A stretch of DNA of 64,000 nt from an uncultured Oscillospiraceae bacterium (GCA_944386835.1 CALXCQ010000114.1:4184-68183), one strand, 5' to 3'. Counted from the stretch's first letter, positions 44,754 through 54,477 are shown. Made by a program: numbers and translations. The notes: generated by a model from the sequence alone, not told the origin.

Positions 44754-45731
44754 ATGGATCTTTTTTGCACAGCCCAACGTTCCTGTAAATTGCTTTCTAT
44801 TTTACGGGGGGAATTGGGTCTTTCTGCTTCTTTGGTCTCACGGCTGAAATATCAGAATGCGTTGTTTGTCAATGGCATACCTGCCCATACCAACCATCTG
44901 ATTGTGCCAGGGGACCATATTTCCGTAAGAATCCAGGAACAAAGCCCGGCCTTCCCGCCAGAAGAAGGTCCTCTTCAGATTCTCTACGAGGACGAAAGCC
45001 TTCTGGCTTTGGATAAACCCCCTGGTTTGCTCATTCACCCCACCTTTTATCAGCAAACCGGAACTCTGGCCAACCGGGTTCTTGCCTATTATGAAAAGAC
45101 GGGTCAGCCGTGCGCGTTCCATCCCGTCAGCCGACTGGACCGGGATACTTTCGGTGTAATCCTTTTGGCTAAAAATTCGCACATTCATGCATTATGCTGC
45201 CAGCTGCTTCAAAAGCGTCAGCTGAGAAAAACATATGAGGCCTTGGTATTCGGACAGCCAATCCCTGGTCAAGGAATCTGGGATATCGGAATTCGTCGGG
45301 AGGCACCGAATAGTCTCATCCGTGTGGCGGATCCTGCCGGGCAAAGTGCGCAAACCCGTTATGCCGTCAAACTTACCTGCGGACCAAGCAGTGTCCTAAC
45401 CTTGTCTCCAATCACTGGGCGGACTCATCAGCTTCGGGTTCACTGCCTCCATTACGGTGTCCCCATTCTGGGTGATCCCCAGTACCACACCCAGGAATCA
45501 TCGGCACTGTCTCAGCAATTGGGGCTGAGTTACCAGATGCTATGTGCCAGAAATCTGGTATTTCCCCATCCTCTGGACCATAAAATTCTGGAACTTACCA
45601 GTAAGCAGCCGTTGTTTTTGCCAGAATTCGAAAAAAATCCCTTTCCCCCGTTGAGTCCTTGCAAAAAACGTTGTATAATCAAAATCGCAAGTATTGTGGG
45701 CCAAGACCTGCAAAGTATGGAGGTTACGAAT
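44754..45731 (+). CDS. RluA-family pseudouridine synthase with S4 domain; no in-frame stop before pta (3' boundary nominal)
   Basis: An S4-like N-terminus, LDKPPGLLIHPT, the catalytic HPVSRLDRDTFG, and GRTHQLRVH. The frame stays open into the pta frame. Confidence 0.8.
45651..45679 (+). promoter_or_regulatory. sigma-A type promoter for pta, inside the open rluA frame
   Basis: TTGAGT (45651-45656), a 17-nt spacer, then TATAAT (45674-45679). GGAGG at 45719-45723 lies 8 nt before ATG 45732. Confidence 0.5.
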
Positions 45732-46742
45732 ATGTTTGAAAAGCTGATTGACTCTTTGAAAGCAAAGCGCCGCACCATCGTGTTTACGGAAGGCCCTGAT
45801 GCCCGTATTCTGGAAGCGGCTACCCGGCTGAAGAAAGATGATCTGATGGATATCATTCTGGTTGGCAATGTAGACGAAGTCACCGCAGCTGCCGCTAAGG
45901 GTAACTTTGACATTCAGGGCATGGAAATCCTGGATCCTGCTACTTATGCTGGCATGGATGAAATGGTAGCCAAGATGGTAGAGTTGCGTAAGGGCAAAAT
46001 GAGCCCCGAGGAATGCAGAGCTGCCCTTTCCAAAGGCAACTATTTTGGCACGATGCTGGTAAAAATGGGAAAAGCTGATGCACTTTTGGGCGGCGCTACC
46101 TACTCTACAGCCGATACGGTACGTCCCGCTTTGCAGCTGGTTAAAACCAAACCCGGTGCTCACCTGGTCTCCTCTTCCATTATCCTCTATCGGGAAGGTG
46201 CCAATGGCCCGGAAAAGCTGTGCATGGGCGACTGTGCCATTAACATCGACTATGAAGACACGGTAGACAAGGACGGCAATGTGGTGGTTTCCGCTGCACA
46301 AAAGCTGGCTGAAGTAGCCATTGAGTCGGCTAAGACTGCCCAATTCTTCGGAATTGATCCGAAAGTTGCCATGCTCAGTTATTCTACCAAAGGTTCCGGC
46401 AAAGGCCCCACGGTAGATCTGGTACGTAATGCCACTGCTGTGGCCAAGGAAATGGCCCCGGAACTGGCAATTGACGGTGAAATGCAATTTGATGCTGCCG
46501 TTTCCCCTGTAGTCGGACAGTTGAAGTTCCCTGGCTCCAATGTAGCTGGTTATGCCAATACCTTTATTTTCCCCAACATCAATGGCGGCAATATTGGTTA
46601 TAAAATTGCCCAGCGGTTGGGTGGTTTTGAAGCTTATGGCCCCATTTTGCAGGGTCTCAACGCGCCCATCAATGACTTAAGCCGTGGATGCAACGCAGAG
46701 GAAGTCTACAAAATGGCCATTATCACCGCAGGCATGGCATAA
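45732..46742 (+). CDS. pta: phosphate acetyltransferase
   Basis: 336 aa beginning MFEKLIDSLKAKRRTIVFTEGPDARILEAA. Also has GGATYSTADTVRPALQ, FDAAV and NDLSRGC, all typical of Pta. Confidence 0.92.
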   Translation: MFEKLIDSLKAKRRTIVFTEGPDARILEAATRLKKDDLMDIILVGNVDEVTAAAAKGNFDIQGMEILDPATYAGMDEMVAKMVELRKGKMSPEECRAALSKGNYFGTMLVKMGKADALLGGATYSTADTVRPALQLVKTKPGAHLVSSSIILYREGANGPEKLCMGDCAINIDYEDTVDKDGNVVVSAAQKLAEVAIESAKTAQFFGIDPKVAMLSYSTKGSGKGPTVDLVRNATAVAKEMAPELAIDGEMQFDAAVSPVVGQLKFPGSNVAGYANTFIFPNINGGNIGYKIAQRLGGFEAYGPILQGLNAPINDLSRGCNAEEVYKMAIITAGMA

Positions 46743-46777
46743 CGGGCTTCTGTTTGCCAATCTTGGTTTTCAGGCTG

Positions 46778-46818
46778 CAAACTCGCATCTACCGGAAATG
46801 TAGATGCGAGTTTGTTTT
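46778..46818 (+). terminator. rho-independent terminator of pta
   Basis: The hairpin is caaactcgcatcta-ccggaaatg-tagatgcgagtttg, followed by tttt. Confidence 0.8.
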
Positions 46819-46839
46819 GCATATTCACTGGGAGGAATT

Positions 46840-48255
46840 ATGGTTTTATCAGACTATTTGGGCGACAAGGCCTTTTGGCGCATTACGATGCGTCTTTGTA
46901 TTCCCATTGCCATTCAAAATGTATTAACCAGCTCTTTTCAGTTAGTAGATACCCTCATGGTAAGCCAGCTGGGAGATGTAACCTTGTCATCTGTGGGGAT
47001 GGCCAGCCAGTGGGGATGGCTTTTGGGACTTGTCATTTTCGGCCTTTGTTCCGGAATGTGTGTGTTTACAGCCCAGTATTGGGGCGTCCAGGATATTAAG
47101 GGAATGCATCGGGTCTTAGGTATTACGCTATGCGCCTCTCTCCTGGTGGCCGCCGTCTTTTTTTTACTGGCAATCACACTTCCACAGAAAATCCTTTTGA
47201 TTTTTAACCAGGAGCCTCAGGTAGTAAAAATTGGCGCAAGTTACCTAGCCATGGTGTGTTTCTCCTATCCGGCAGTCGCTTTAAGCAATGTGATGTCATT
47301 CTTCCTGCGAGCAATTGACCGGGTAAAATTTCCCATGTATGTCTCTGCCATCACAACTGTCATGAATATCTTTTTAAACTATGTTTTAATCTTCGGACAC
47401 CTGGGAATCCCGGCGCTGGGTGTAACGGGAGCGGCTTTGGCAACCTGTATTTCTGCTTGGGCTGGCCCGGTGTTTTTATATCTTATTTCTTTCAAAGAGC
47501 GTAACTACTTAATTGCCCCTTTCAAAGCGCTTTTGCAGTTTACACCAGCCCATATCCATCAGTTTATTTCCCGTACGCTTCCGGTCATTGCCAATGAAAC
47601 GCTCTGGGGTCTGGGAACCGTGATCACCAGCGTTTTGTTCTCCAACCTGGGATATGAATACTACGCTGCCATTACCATATTTCGTACTTTCAGCGATATC
47701 TCTTTCGCCTTCTTTGTGGGATTTGGCAATGCTTGTGTCATTATGGTTGGGAAATCTATTGGAATGGGAAAAATCGAGCGTGGCATTCTCGATGCCCGGC
47801 GATTTACCCTGTTGGTGCCTATGATTGGTGTGCTGCTTGGCTGCTTTATTCTAGTTTTCCGTGAGCAGCTGATTGCAATTTTCAACACCAGCGGCACGAT
47901 TTCTGCAACCACCATGCAGGCCACCATGGCTATTTTGTTAATTTATGCTTTGGAAGTTCCGTTTCGAAATATCCCCTATGTACAGGTGGTAGGAGTCTTC
48001 CGATCCGGAGGCGATACTTTCCGGGGCATGATTTACGATCTGGTGTGCCTTTGGATTCTGGCAATTCCGGCCACTTATTTATCCGCTTATGTATTTCACT
48101 GGCCGTTTCCTATTGTCTTTGCCGTTCTGTATCTCATGGAGGATTTGCCAAAGTGCATTTTGTGTCTTCGGTATTTTCACTCCAGGAAATGGCTTCGGCC
48201 TGTTACCGCCGAAGGAAAAGCGGGCCTAAAGGCCTATCTGGAGCAACACAGGTAG
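46840..48255 (+). CDS. MATE-family efflux transporter
   Basis: Twelve TM helices. The N-terminus IPIAIQNVLTSSFQLVDTLMVSQLG is typical of MATE proteins. GGGAGGAA precedes the ATG. Confidence 0.85.
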   Translation: MVLSDYLGDKAFWRITMRLCIPIAIQNVLTSSFQLVDTLMVSQLGDVTLSSVGMASQWGWLLGLVIFGLCSGMCVFTAQYWGVQDIKGMHRVLGITLCASLLVAAVFFLLAITLPQKILLIFNQEPQVVKIGASYLAMVCFSYPAVALSNVMSFFLRAIDRVKFPMYVSAITTVMNIFLNYVLIFGHLGIPALGVTGAALATCISAWAGPVFLYLISFKERNYLIAPFKALLQFTPAHIHQFISRTLPVIANETLWGLGTVITSVLFSNLGYEYYAAITIFRTFSDISFAFFVGFGNACVIMVGKSIGMGKIERGILDARRFTLLVPMIGVLLGCFILVFREQLIAIFNTSGTISATTMQATMAILLIYALEVPFRNIPYVQVVGVFRSGGDTFRGMIYDLVCLWILAIPATYLSAYVFHWPFPIVFAVLYLMEDLPKCILCLRYFHSRKWLRPVTAEGKAGLKAYLEQHR

Positions 48256-48332
48256 AATTCGGCAAAATTTCACGAGTGACTTGCTTTTTTTATAACATTT
48301 TTGTTATAGTAGTATCAAAGAGTTTATATAAA

Positions 48333-48362
48333 AGAGCCAAACAGCCAGGGCTGTTTGGCTCT
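48333..48362 (+). terminator. hairpin between the two MATE genes (no U-tract)
   Basis: The hairpin reads agagccaaacagc-cagg-gctgtttggctct. Confidence 0.4.
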
Positions 48363-48387
48363 AGTACTTACGAATCGAGGCGGTCAT

Positions 48388-49770
48388 ATGCAGTCAGCAG
48401 ATGCACAACGGAAAAAAATGCTGGAAACTCCTGTGGAAAAATTGGTCATCAGTTTGGCAATTCCCACAATTATCAGTATGCTGGTCACTACTATCTATAA
48501 TATGGCAGATACCTATTTTGTAGGGCAGCTAGGGACCAGCGCCAGCGGCGCAGTCGGAGTCGTTTTTAGCCTCATGGCCATTTTACAGGCACTCGGGTTC
48601 ATGCTAGGCCACGGGGCCGGCAGTAATATTTCCCGGATGCTGGCCAAGCAAGAATCAAAGCTTGCCAGCCGCTATGCGTCCACCAGCTTTTTCTATGCAC
48701 TGGGATTCGGTGTCCTGATCACAATTCTGGGAATTTCTTTTCTCCAACCCTTTATGAATTTTCTTGGTAGTTCCCAGACAATCTTGCCCTATGCCATGGA
48801 CTATGGGTTTTACATTCTGCTTGCCGCTCCCTTTATGATTGCCAGCTGTGTCCTCAATAATATTTTACGTTATGAGGGGCGCGCCAAACTGGCTATGGTC
48901 GGCTTGGCGTCCGGCGGTATCCTGAATATATTTTTGGATCCAATCTTTATTTATGTTCTTAAATTAGGTATCGGCGGAGCCAGTCTCGCAACTGCAATCA
49001 GCCAATTTATCAGTTTCTGCCTTCTCCTGGCCATGTTCTTGACAGGACAGACACAGAGTAAACTCTCAATTCGCAAGGTCACATTCCAGCCACGCCATGT
49101 GCTCAGTATCTTCCGTAACGGCTTCCCCAGTTTAGCCCGCCAGGGTCTGGGCAGTGCCTCTACACTTCTGCTAAACGTAGCAGCCCGAGGGTATGGCGAT
49201 GCTGCCGTAGCTGCAATGAGCATCTGTTCCAAGCTCTGTCAGTTTATCGCCAGCATTATGTTGGGAATCGGCCAGGGCTTTCAGCCGGTTGCCGGATATA
49301 ACTATGGTGCCGGGCGGTATAGCCGGTTGCGTGGTGCCTACCGGTTTACTTTCTTCTTTGGCGAAATTGCCATGGGCGTTTTGGCAATTATTTGCTTCCT
49401 CTTCGCACCCCAGCTGGTTCAGCTCTTCCGGGATGATCCACAAGTTATCGCCATCGGTGTTCTTGCCTTCCGCTGTCAATGTGCCTCTCTTTTATTTCAG
49501 CCTATGACAGTCGTTACCAACATGTTGTTTCAAAGTATTGGAAAAGCCGGTCAGGCAACCATTCTTGCCTGCAGCCGGCAAGGAATTTTTCTGATTCCTC
49601 TTTTGTTGATTTTACCGTACTTCCTGGATATTTTAGGAATCCAAATTGCCCAGGCTATTGCGGAGGTTCTCTCCTGTGCGCTCTCCGTTCCTTTTGCGGT
49701 CATCTTTTTCCGAAAATTGCCGGAAGATGCAATATCAAAAACCATTACAACGGATGAGCATCCACTATAA
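48388..49770 (+). CDS. MATE-family efflux transporter
   Basis: The N-terminus is LAIPTIISMLVTTIYNMADTYFVGQLG, and the protein has 12 TM helices. Confidence 0.85.
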   Translation: MQSADAQRKKMLETPVEKLVISLAIPTIISMLVTTIYNMADTYFVGQLGTSASGAVGVVFSLMAILQALGFMLGHGAGSNISRMLAKQESKLASRYASTSFFYALGFGVLITILGISFLQPFMNFLGSSQTILPYAMDYGFYILLAAPFMIASCVLNNILRYEGRAKLAMVGLASGGILNIFLDPIFIYVLKLGIGGASLATAISQFISFCLLLAMFLTGQTQSKLSIRKVTFQPRHVLSIFRNGFPSLARQGLGSASTLLLNVAARGYGDAAVAAMSICSKLCQFIASIMLGIGQGFQPVAGYNYGAGRYSRLRGAYRFTFFFGEIAMGVLAIICFLFAPQLVQLFRDDPQVIAIGVLAFRCQCASLLFQPMTVVTNMLFQSIGKAGQATILACSRQGIFLIPLLLILPYFLDILGIQIAQAIAEVLSCALSVPFAVIFFRKLPEDAISKTITTDEHPL

Positions 49771-50181
49771 AATGAAGGATTCTCATAGTTGCTGTTTTTC
49801 AGTGGTAGTTTCTTCAGGGCGTAAATGATTTTTCTTCTCCCAGCTCCAATTGGGCGCGGAATCGGCAACGCTATCCTTTCAATAGCAGCTTTCCCCCACA
49901 AAAACAGCTTTTCTTTCCCAAACGGCTTTTTCCAGGAAAAGTAGTTTTCCTTTTTTGAAAAAAACTTCCGCATGTGAGAACGTTTGCCTCTATTGTAAAA
50001 GTAATGGATGGGCAGCCAACTCTGCAGTCTCTGCCTATTTTCTGACAGAGACAGATCGAAAGCAGCCTTTCTACAAATGGTACTCAGCCCCTGTGTTTTG
50101 GGGGTTTGCCTGCTTTCCCAGGCTGGGTAAGAAAATATGCGTTCGAAAGTTCATGTTGCTCTGTAAATTTTCGGGGCATTG

Positions 50182-50224
50182 AAACAGCGGTTGAAAGCTT
50201 TCCTGCTCTCAACCGCTGTTTTTC
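50182..50224 (+). terminator. plus-oriented rho-independent terminator with no annotated plus-strand gene within ~410 bp
   Basis: The hairpin is aaacagcggttga-aagctttcctgctc-tcaaccgctgttt, followed by a T-run. Confidence 0.55.
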
Positions 50225-50229
50225 TCGTT

Positions 50230-51327
50230 TTATAATCCCAGTCCTCTTGCCACCTTGGTAATAAAATCCTGCACATTCGTCACCATCGTTGTAGCACTAA
50301 GACTTCCTCGATCCAACAGCTTATTGACCACGAATTCATCGGCATCTACCGTATACAGATAAACTGGCCGGACGGTACCATCCTCCAGCACCCGGAAAGA
50401 CGGCGTCATATTCCCCGTAGCAATCGTGTGAAGCATAGTTGCCAAACAAATTACCGTTGTGCTTTTTCTCACCAAAGACCGCATTGCCATTTGTCCAGCA
50501 TATACATCCCCTATGACTTCCGGCAATGGCCCATCGTCTCGGATGGAGCCAGTCAATACAAAAGGCACTTGATTGCGGACACAGGCATACATAATCCCAT
50601 TTTCAATTTTCTTTTCTGTTATAAATTTTTCAATAGAGCCGCAACGACGTACTTCGTTGATAACATCCAAATGGTGGTAGTGTCCATTGGGCTGTGACCT
50701 CTGAGTATAGATATCCTGCCCCAACGCCGTATGCAAATAGGCGCCCTCCAAATCGTGGGTTGCTAACGCATTTCCCGCCATCAGACCGTGGGCATATCCA
50801 TTTTCAATTAAAGCCTGCATTGCACTGCGAGCTCCGGCATCAAAACTCAAAGCAGGTCCCAGAACCCAGACAACCGTTCCGTGTTCCTTTTCGTATTGCA
50901 AAAGCTCTATCAACTTATCATAATCTCTGGCATAAGAAGTTTCACGGCTTCTACCCTGGCGAAAAATGAAGCGGTCGTCTACACTTTGGGCCTCTTCTTC
51001 CACAAATCCGGTGTTGTGAACATAGATTCCCTCCTGGCAGTCTTCCGTTCGCCCTACCACCACCAAATCTCCTTTATGCAAGTTCCGGTTTTCCACCACT
51101 GCTACCTGACCATTCTCTTGCACAACCAGGCTGCTGTCCATCCGGCTTTCTCTGGCCAGGCGCCACGTTCCTGCTACCTTCACATATTCCGGATACATGG
51201 AGGTACTGTGAAATCCTTGCGGCGCAACTCCGTCACAAGGAGCCGCCACCAATCGGGAATCTGGCGCCGCTGAGAACTTTACCTTGGAAAAATCCGGTTC
51301 CCGATACTTTGGCAGGCTAAACGCCAT
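50230..51327 (-). CDS. TIGR00300 / LOR-SDH domain family protein (ornithine cyclodeaminase-like, function uncertain)
   Basis: About 365 aa. The conserved blocks VVWVLGPALSFDAGARSAM, GNALATHDLE and PFVLTGSIRDDGPLPEV match what I recall of the LOR/SDH conserved region. The start was chosen at the ATG that follows AAAGGA. Confidence 0.6.
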   Translation of the reverse strand: MAFSLPKYREPDFSKVKFSAAPDSRLVAAPCDGVAPQGFHSTSMYPEYVKVAGTWRLARESRMDSSLVVQENGQVAVVENRNLHKGDLVVVGRTEDCQEGIYVHNTGFVEEEAQSVDDRFIFRQGRSRETSYARDYDKLIELLQYEKEHGTVVWVLGPALSFDAGARSAMQALIENGYAHGLMAGNALATHDLEGAYLHTALGQDIYTQRSQPNGHYHHLDVINEVRRCGSIEKFITEKKIENGIMYACVRNQVPFVLTGSIRDDGPLPEVIGDVYAGQMAMRSLVRKSTTVICLATMLHTIATGNMTPSFRVLEDGTVRPVYLYTVDADEFVVNKLLDRGSLSATTMVTNVQDFITKVARGLGL

Positions 51328-51440
51328 GTCCGTCACGTCCTTTCTCATCCAAAGAAAATTTCAATGCTGTTTTATCTTATCATTCTTTCCGATACGCCAC
51401 AACCCCTTCCGCAAAAAATATTCATTTTTGACTGTATATA

Positions 51441-51471
51441 CAAAAACCGGCGGAGATTCTCTCCGCCGGTT
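51441..51471 (-). terminator. rho-independent terminator of the PFK gene
   Basis: The stem arms are aaccggcggaga and tctccgccggtt. The U-tract on the minus strand corresponds to the plus-strand A-run at 51442-51446. Confidence 0.65.
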
Positions 51472-51492
51472 GTAACTTATAGACTTAATATC

Positions 51493-52731
51493 TTACTTGG
51501 CAAAGACCTTTTTCAGACGGCAGAAACGTGGCAATCCATTTTCTTTTACCATCATGGTTTCTCCCTGAATCAAAGGCATACAGTAGTCAATGAAGGCTTT
51601 ATTTACATGATTTCCCGCTTCGTTAATCCATTCTTGCGGGACCTTCTTTTCAAAGTTAGCAACTTCTTTCAGGTCAAACAACTTTGTCTTGCACACATAG
51701 TTGTTTGTCCGGTCACATTCAAATCCTACCATCTTTCCGGTAATTCCAGCAACAGCACTTTCCACTGCTACTTTACCGGCTTCAAATGCCTCTGCTATAT
51801 CGGTACCCGATGCGCAGTGAGCCGCACACCGCTGCAGTAAGCTCAACTCAATGCCACGAACTTTTGCACCGGTACGTTCTTTCATCAAATTGGCCAGCGT
51901 TGCCGCCAAACCGCCCAGCTGGGCATGGCCGAATCCATCTGTGGCTGAGGTCTTGGCTTCTGATACGAACTTGCCGTCTGCATAGTGAATGCCTTCGGAA
52001 ACCGCCACAATACAATTTCCATTCTTTTGATAGCATTCTGTCACATCGGCAATGAACTTGTCCAGGTCAAAGTCTCTCTCCGGCAAATAAATGAAGTCTG
52101 GACCGTCGCCCATCTCATTGGCCAACGCTGCAGCTGCAGTCAACCAGCCAGCATGGCGACCCATACACTCAATAATGGTAATCATCCCGGTATCATATAC
52201 ATGAGCATCCCGGCTGACTTCCATAAAGGAGGTAGCAATATATTTCGCCGCAGAGGCAAATCCGGGGCAGTGATCCGTGCCGAACAGGTCGTTGTCAATG
52301 GTCTTGGGAACCCCGATCACATTGCATTCATAGCCAACTTTTGCCATATACCGGCTTACCTTTTCACAAGTGTCCATAGAATCATTGCCGCCATTGTAGA
52401 AGAAATACCGGACATCATATTTTTGGAAAATCTCTAAAATACGCTTGTAATCGGTATCATCTACATCCGGATCGGCAATCTTATAACGGCAAGAACCCAA
52501 CGCAGAAGAAGGCGTATACAGTAACCGCTCCAATTCTTTTGGGTCCTCCTCATCCATAATGAGAAGTTGATCGTTTAAAACGCCTTTAATACCGTGATGC
52601 GCACCATAGACCTTGGTAATATTCTCGTTATCCAGGGCTGTTTTAATAACCCCATAGGCGCTGGCATTAATAACAGCGGAAGGTCCGCCGGACTGACCAA
52701 TGATACACGCGCCCTTTAACGGTGTTGCCAT
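51493..52731 (-). CDS. pfp: pyrophosphate-dependent 6-phosphofructokinase (diphosphate--fructose-6-phosphate 1-phosphotransferase)
   Basis: PFK fold. GGNDS corresponds to E. coli GGDGS, giving Asp at the position-104 equivalent. PKTIDND gives Lys at the position-124 equivalent. Both are the established PPi-specificity signatures. Confidence 0.8.
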   Translation of the reverse strand: MATPLKGACIIGQSGGPSAVINASAYGVIKTALDNENITKVYGAHHGIKGVLNDQLLIMDEEDPKELERLLYTPSSALGSCRYKIADPDVDDTDYKRILEIFQKYDVRYFFYNGGNDSMDTCEKVSRYMAKVGYECNVIGVPKTIDNDLFGTDHCPGFASAAKYIATSFMEVSRDAHVYDTGMITIIECMGRHAGWLTAAAALANEMGDGPDFIYLPERDFDLDKFIADVTECYQKNGNCIVAVSEGIHYADGKFVSEAKTSATDGFGHAQLGGLAATLANLMKERTGAKVRGIELSLLQRCAAHCASGTDIAEAFEAGKVAVESAVAGITGKMVGFECDRTNNYVCKTKLFDLKEVANFEKKVPQEWINEAGNHVNKAFIDYCMPLIQGETMMVKENGLPRFCRLKKVFAK

Positions 52732-52931
52732 ATACATGTTCCTCCAATTAAAATTATTCGTTTTTCTCCAAAAGGTGACAAAAACGCAGTTCTTTGCGGC
52801 TTAGATTGTACCATAAAAACCGGAAAATGTAAATTCCATCTATTGAAATTCTGTGATATTTTTGTTAGACTGGGAGAGGACAAGATGTCCCTTGTCACTA
52901 AGGCAGTCAATAAAGGATAGGAGATGTTTTT

Positions 52932-53867
52932 ATGCCATTGGTAACGTCGAAAGAAATGCTGCAAAAAGCGTATGATGGCGGATATGCCATCGGTGCTTTC
53001 AACGTCAATAATATGGAGATTATTCAGGGTATCACAGAAGCAGCGAAAGAGCTCAATGCCCCGCTGATTCTTCAGGTCTCCTCCGGTGCCCGGAAATATG
53101 CTAACCACACTTATTTGATGAAGCTGGTCGAAGCTGCTTTAATTGAAACCAATCTTCCCATTTGTCTGCATCTGGATCACGGTGATACCTTTGAACTGTG
53201 CAAATCCTGTGTTGATGGTGGTTTCACCTCTGTTATGATTGATGGCAGCCACTACAGCTTTGAAGAAAACATTAAATTGACCAAACAGGTAGTTGACTAT
53301 GCCCACGACCACGGAGTTACCGTTGAAGGTGAATTGGGCCGTCTGGCTGGTATCGAAGATGATGTAAAAGTTTCTGCAGAGGATTCTTCCTATACTCGTC
53401 CTGAGGAAGTGGAAGAGTTTGTAGGCCGTACCGGCGTAGACTCTCTGGCGATCGCTATTGGTACTTCTCATGGTGCCTATAAATTTAAGCCCGGTACGAA
53501 ACCCCAGCTTCGTTTTGATATTCTAGAAGAAGTCTCCAAGCGTTTGCCTGGGTTCCCCATTGTTCTACACGGCGCTTCTTCCGTCATTCCGGAATATGTG
53601 GAAATGATCAATCAATACGGCGGTGATATGCCAGGTGCTCTGGGCGTGCCGGAAGATCAGCTCCGGAAAGCTGCCAGCATGGCCGTCTGCAAAATTAATA
53701 TTGACTCAGACTTGCGTCTGGCTATGACCGGTACCATTCGGAAATACTTTGCCGAACATCCCGATCACTTTGACCCCCGCCAGTATTTGAAGCCCGCTCG
53801 GGAAAACATTAAAAAGATGGTTGCCCACAAGATTGTTGATGTATTGGGCTGTGCCGGAAAAGCTTAA
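52932..53867 (+). CDS. fba: class II fructose-1,6-bisphosphate aldolase
   Basis: MPLVTSKEMLQKAYDGGYAIGAFNVNNME, HLDHG, GELG and HGASS motifs, with a length of 311 aa. Confidence 0.95.
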   Translation: MPLVTSKEMLQKAYDGGYAIGAFNVNNMEIIQGITEAAKELNAPLILQVSSGARKYANHTYLMKLVEAALIETNLPICLHLDHGDTFELCKSCVDGGFTSVMIDGSHYSFEENIKLTKQVVDYAHDHGVTVEGELGRLAGIEDDVKVSAEDSSYTRPEEVEEFVGRTGVDSLAIAIGTSHGAYKFKPGTKPQLRFDILEEVSKRLPGFPIVLHGASSVIPEYVEMINQYGGDMPGALGVPEDQLRKAASMAVCKINIDSDLRLAMTGTIRKYFAEHPDHFDPRQYLKPARENIKKMVAHKIVDVLGCAGKA

Positions 53868-53877
53868 ACTTTATGTA

Positions 53878-53911
53878 TAAAATCAGCGCTGCCAAAAGGC
53901 AGCGCTGATTT
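53878..53911. terminator. bidirectional rho-independent terminator
   Basis: The hairpin reads aaaatcagcgctgcc-aaaa-ggcagcgctgatttt. Confidence 0.8.
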
Positions 53912-53962
53912 TATCTTTCGGCTTTTCTTTTCTGTTGTGACCAAAACAAAAAATGGGGGCAA

Positions 53963-54457
53963 TTACAGAAGCTGCAGTTTCTGCAGCACCTGTCCTTTTT
54001 TCAAAGCAAACAATAATGGCAAGCCCAGAATATACAGTACTGCTGTTTCTCCAATGAACACCTGGCCCCCCATGACAGCAAAACCGGAAAGGAGTGCATC
54101 CGGTGTGTATACCCAGGCCAGCATGGCTCCCACCAGAACCGTATTACACAAAATAGTGGGGAGTGGTGCCAGATATGGATTTTTTATTTTTGTGGTCCAC
54201 AGGCACCCCAACAAGGTGGCCAAAGAGCCAACTACAATATCCAGCGCGGAAACCGGGGAGAAAATATTGGCGATCAGGCAACCTAAAAAGCAGCCCCATG
54301 TGCTCACAGGAGCCAGAAACGGCAGAATACAGAGGGCTTCTGCCAGACGGAACTGGATTGCCTCATAAGCGAAGGAAGCCGTAGCCAGAGTAATTGCGGC
54401 ATACGCTGCTGCCAACATTCCGCAAAAAGCGATTTGTTTTGTGGTAATCTTTTTCAT
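53963..54457 (-). CDS. queT: queuosine-precursor transporter QueT (ECF S-component-like)
   Basis: MKKITTKQIAFCGMLAAAYAAITL...QFRLAEAL is the QueT pattern, with 5-6 TM helices. GGAGGAAAGT precedes ATG 54457, and a preQ1 riboswitch lies upstream. Confidence 0.8.
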   Translation of the reverse strand: MKKITTKQIAFCGMLAAAYAAITLATASFAYEAIQFRLAEALCILPFLAPVSTWGCFLGCLIANIFSPVSALDIVVGSLATLLGCLWTTKIKNPYLAPLPTILCNTVLVGAMLAWVYTPDALLSGFAVMGGQVFIGETAVLYILGLPLLFALKKGQVLQKLQLL

Positions 54458-54477
54458 ACTTTCCTCCAAACATGCAA

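Noticed and set aside
45540-46487. 315-aa minus-strand ORF
   Set aside because: It is antisense to pta, which has unmistakable homology on the plus strand. The product has no recognisable motifs.
49551-49973. 140-aa minus-strand ORF
   Set aside because: Two thirds of it is antisense to the 3' end of the MATE gene. The RBS is weak and distant, and the product is low-complexity and Lys-rich.
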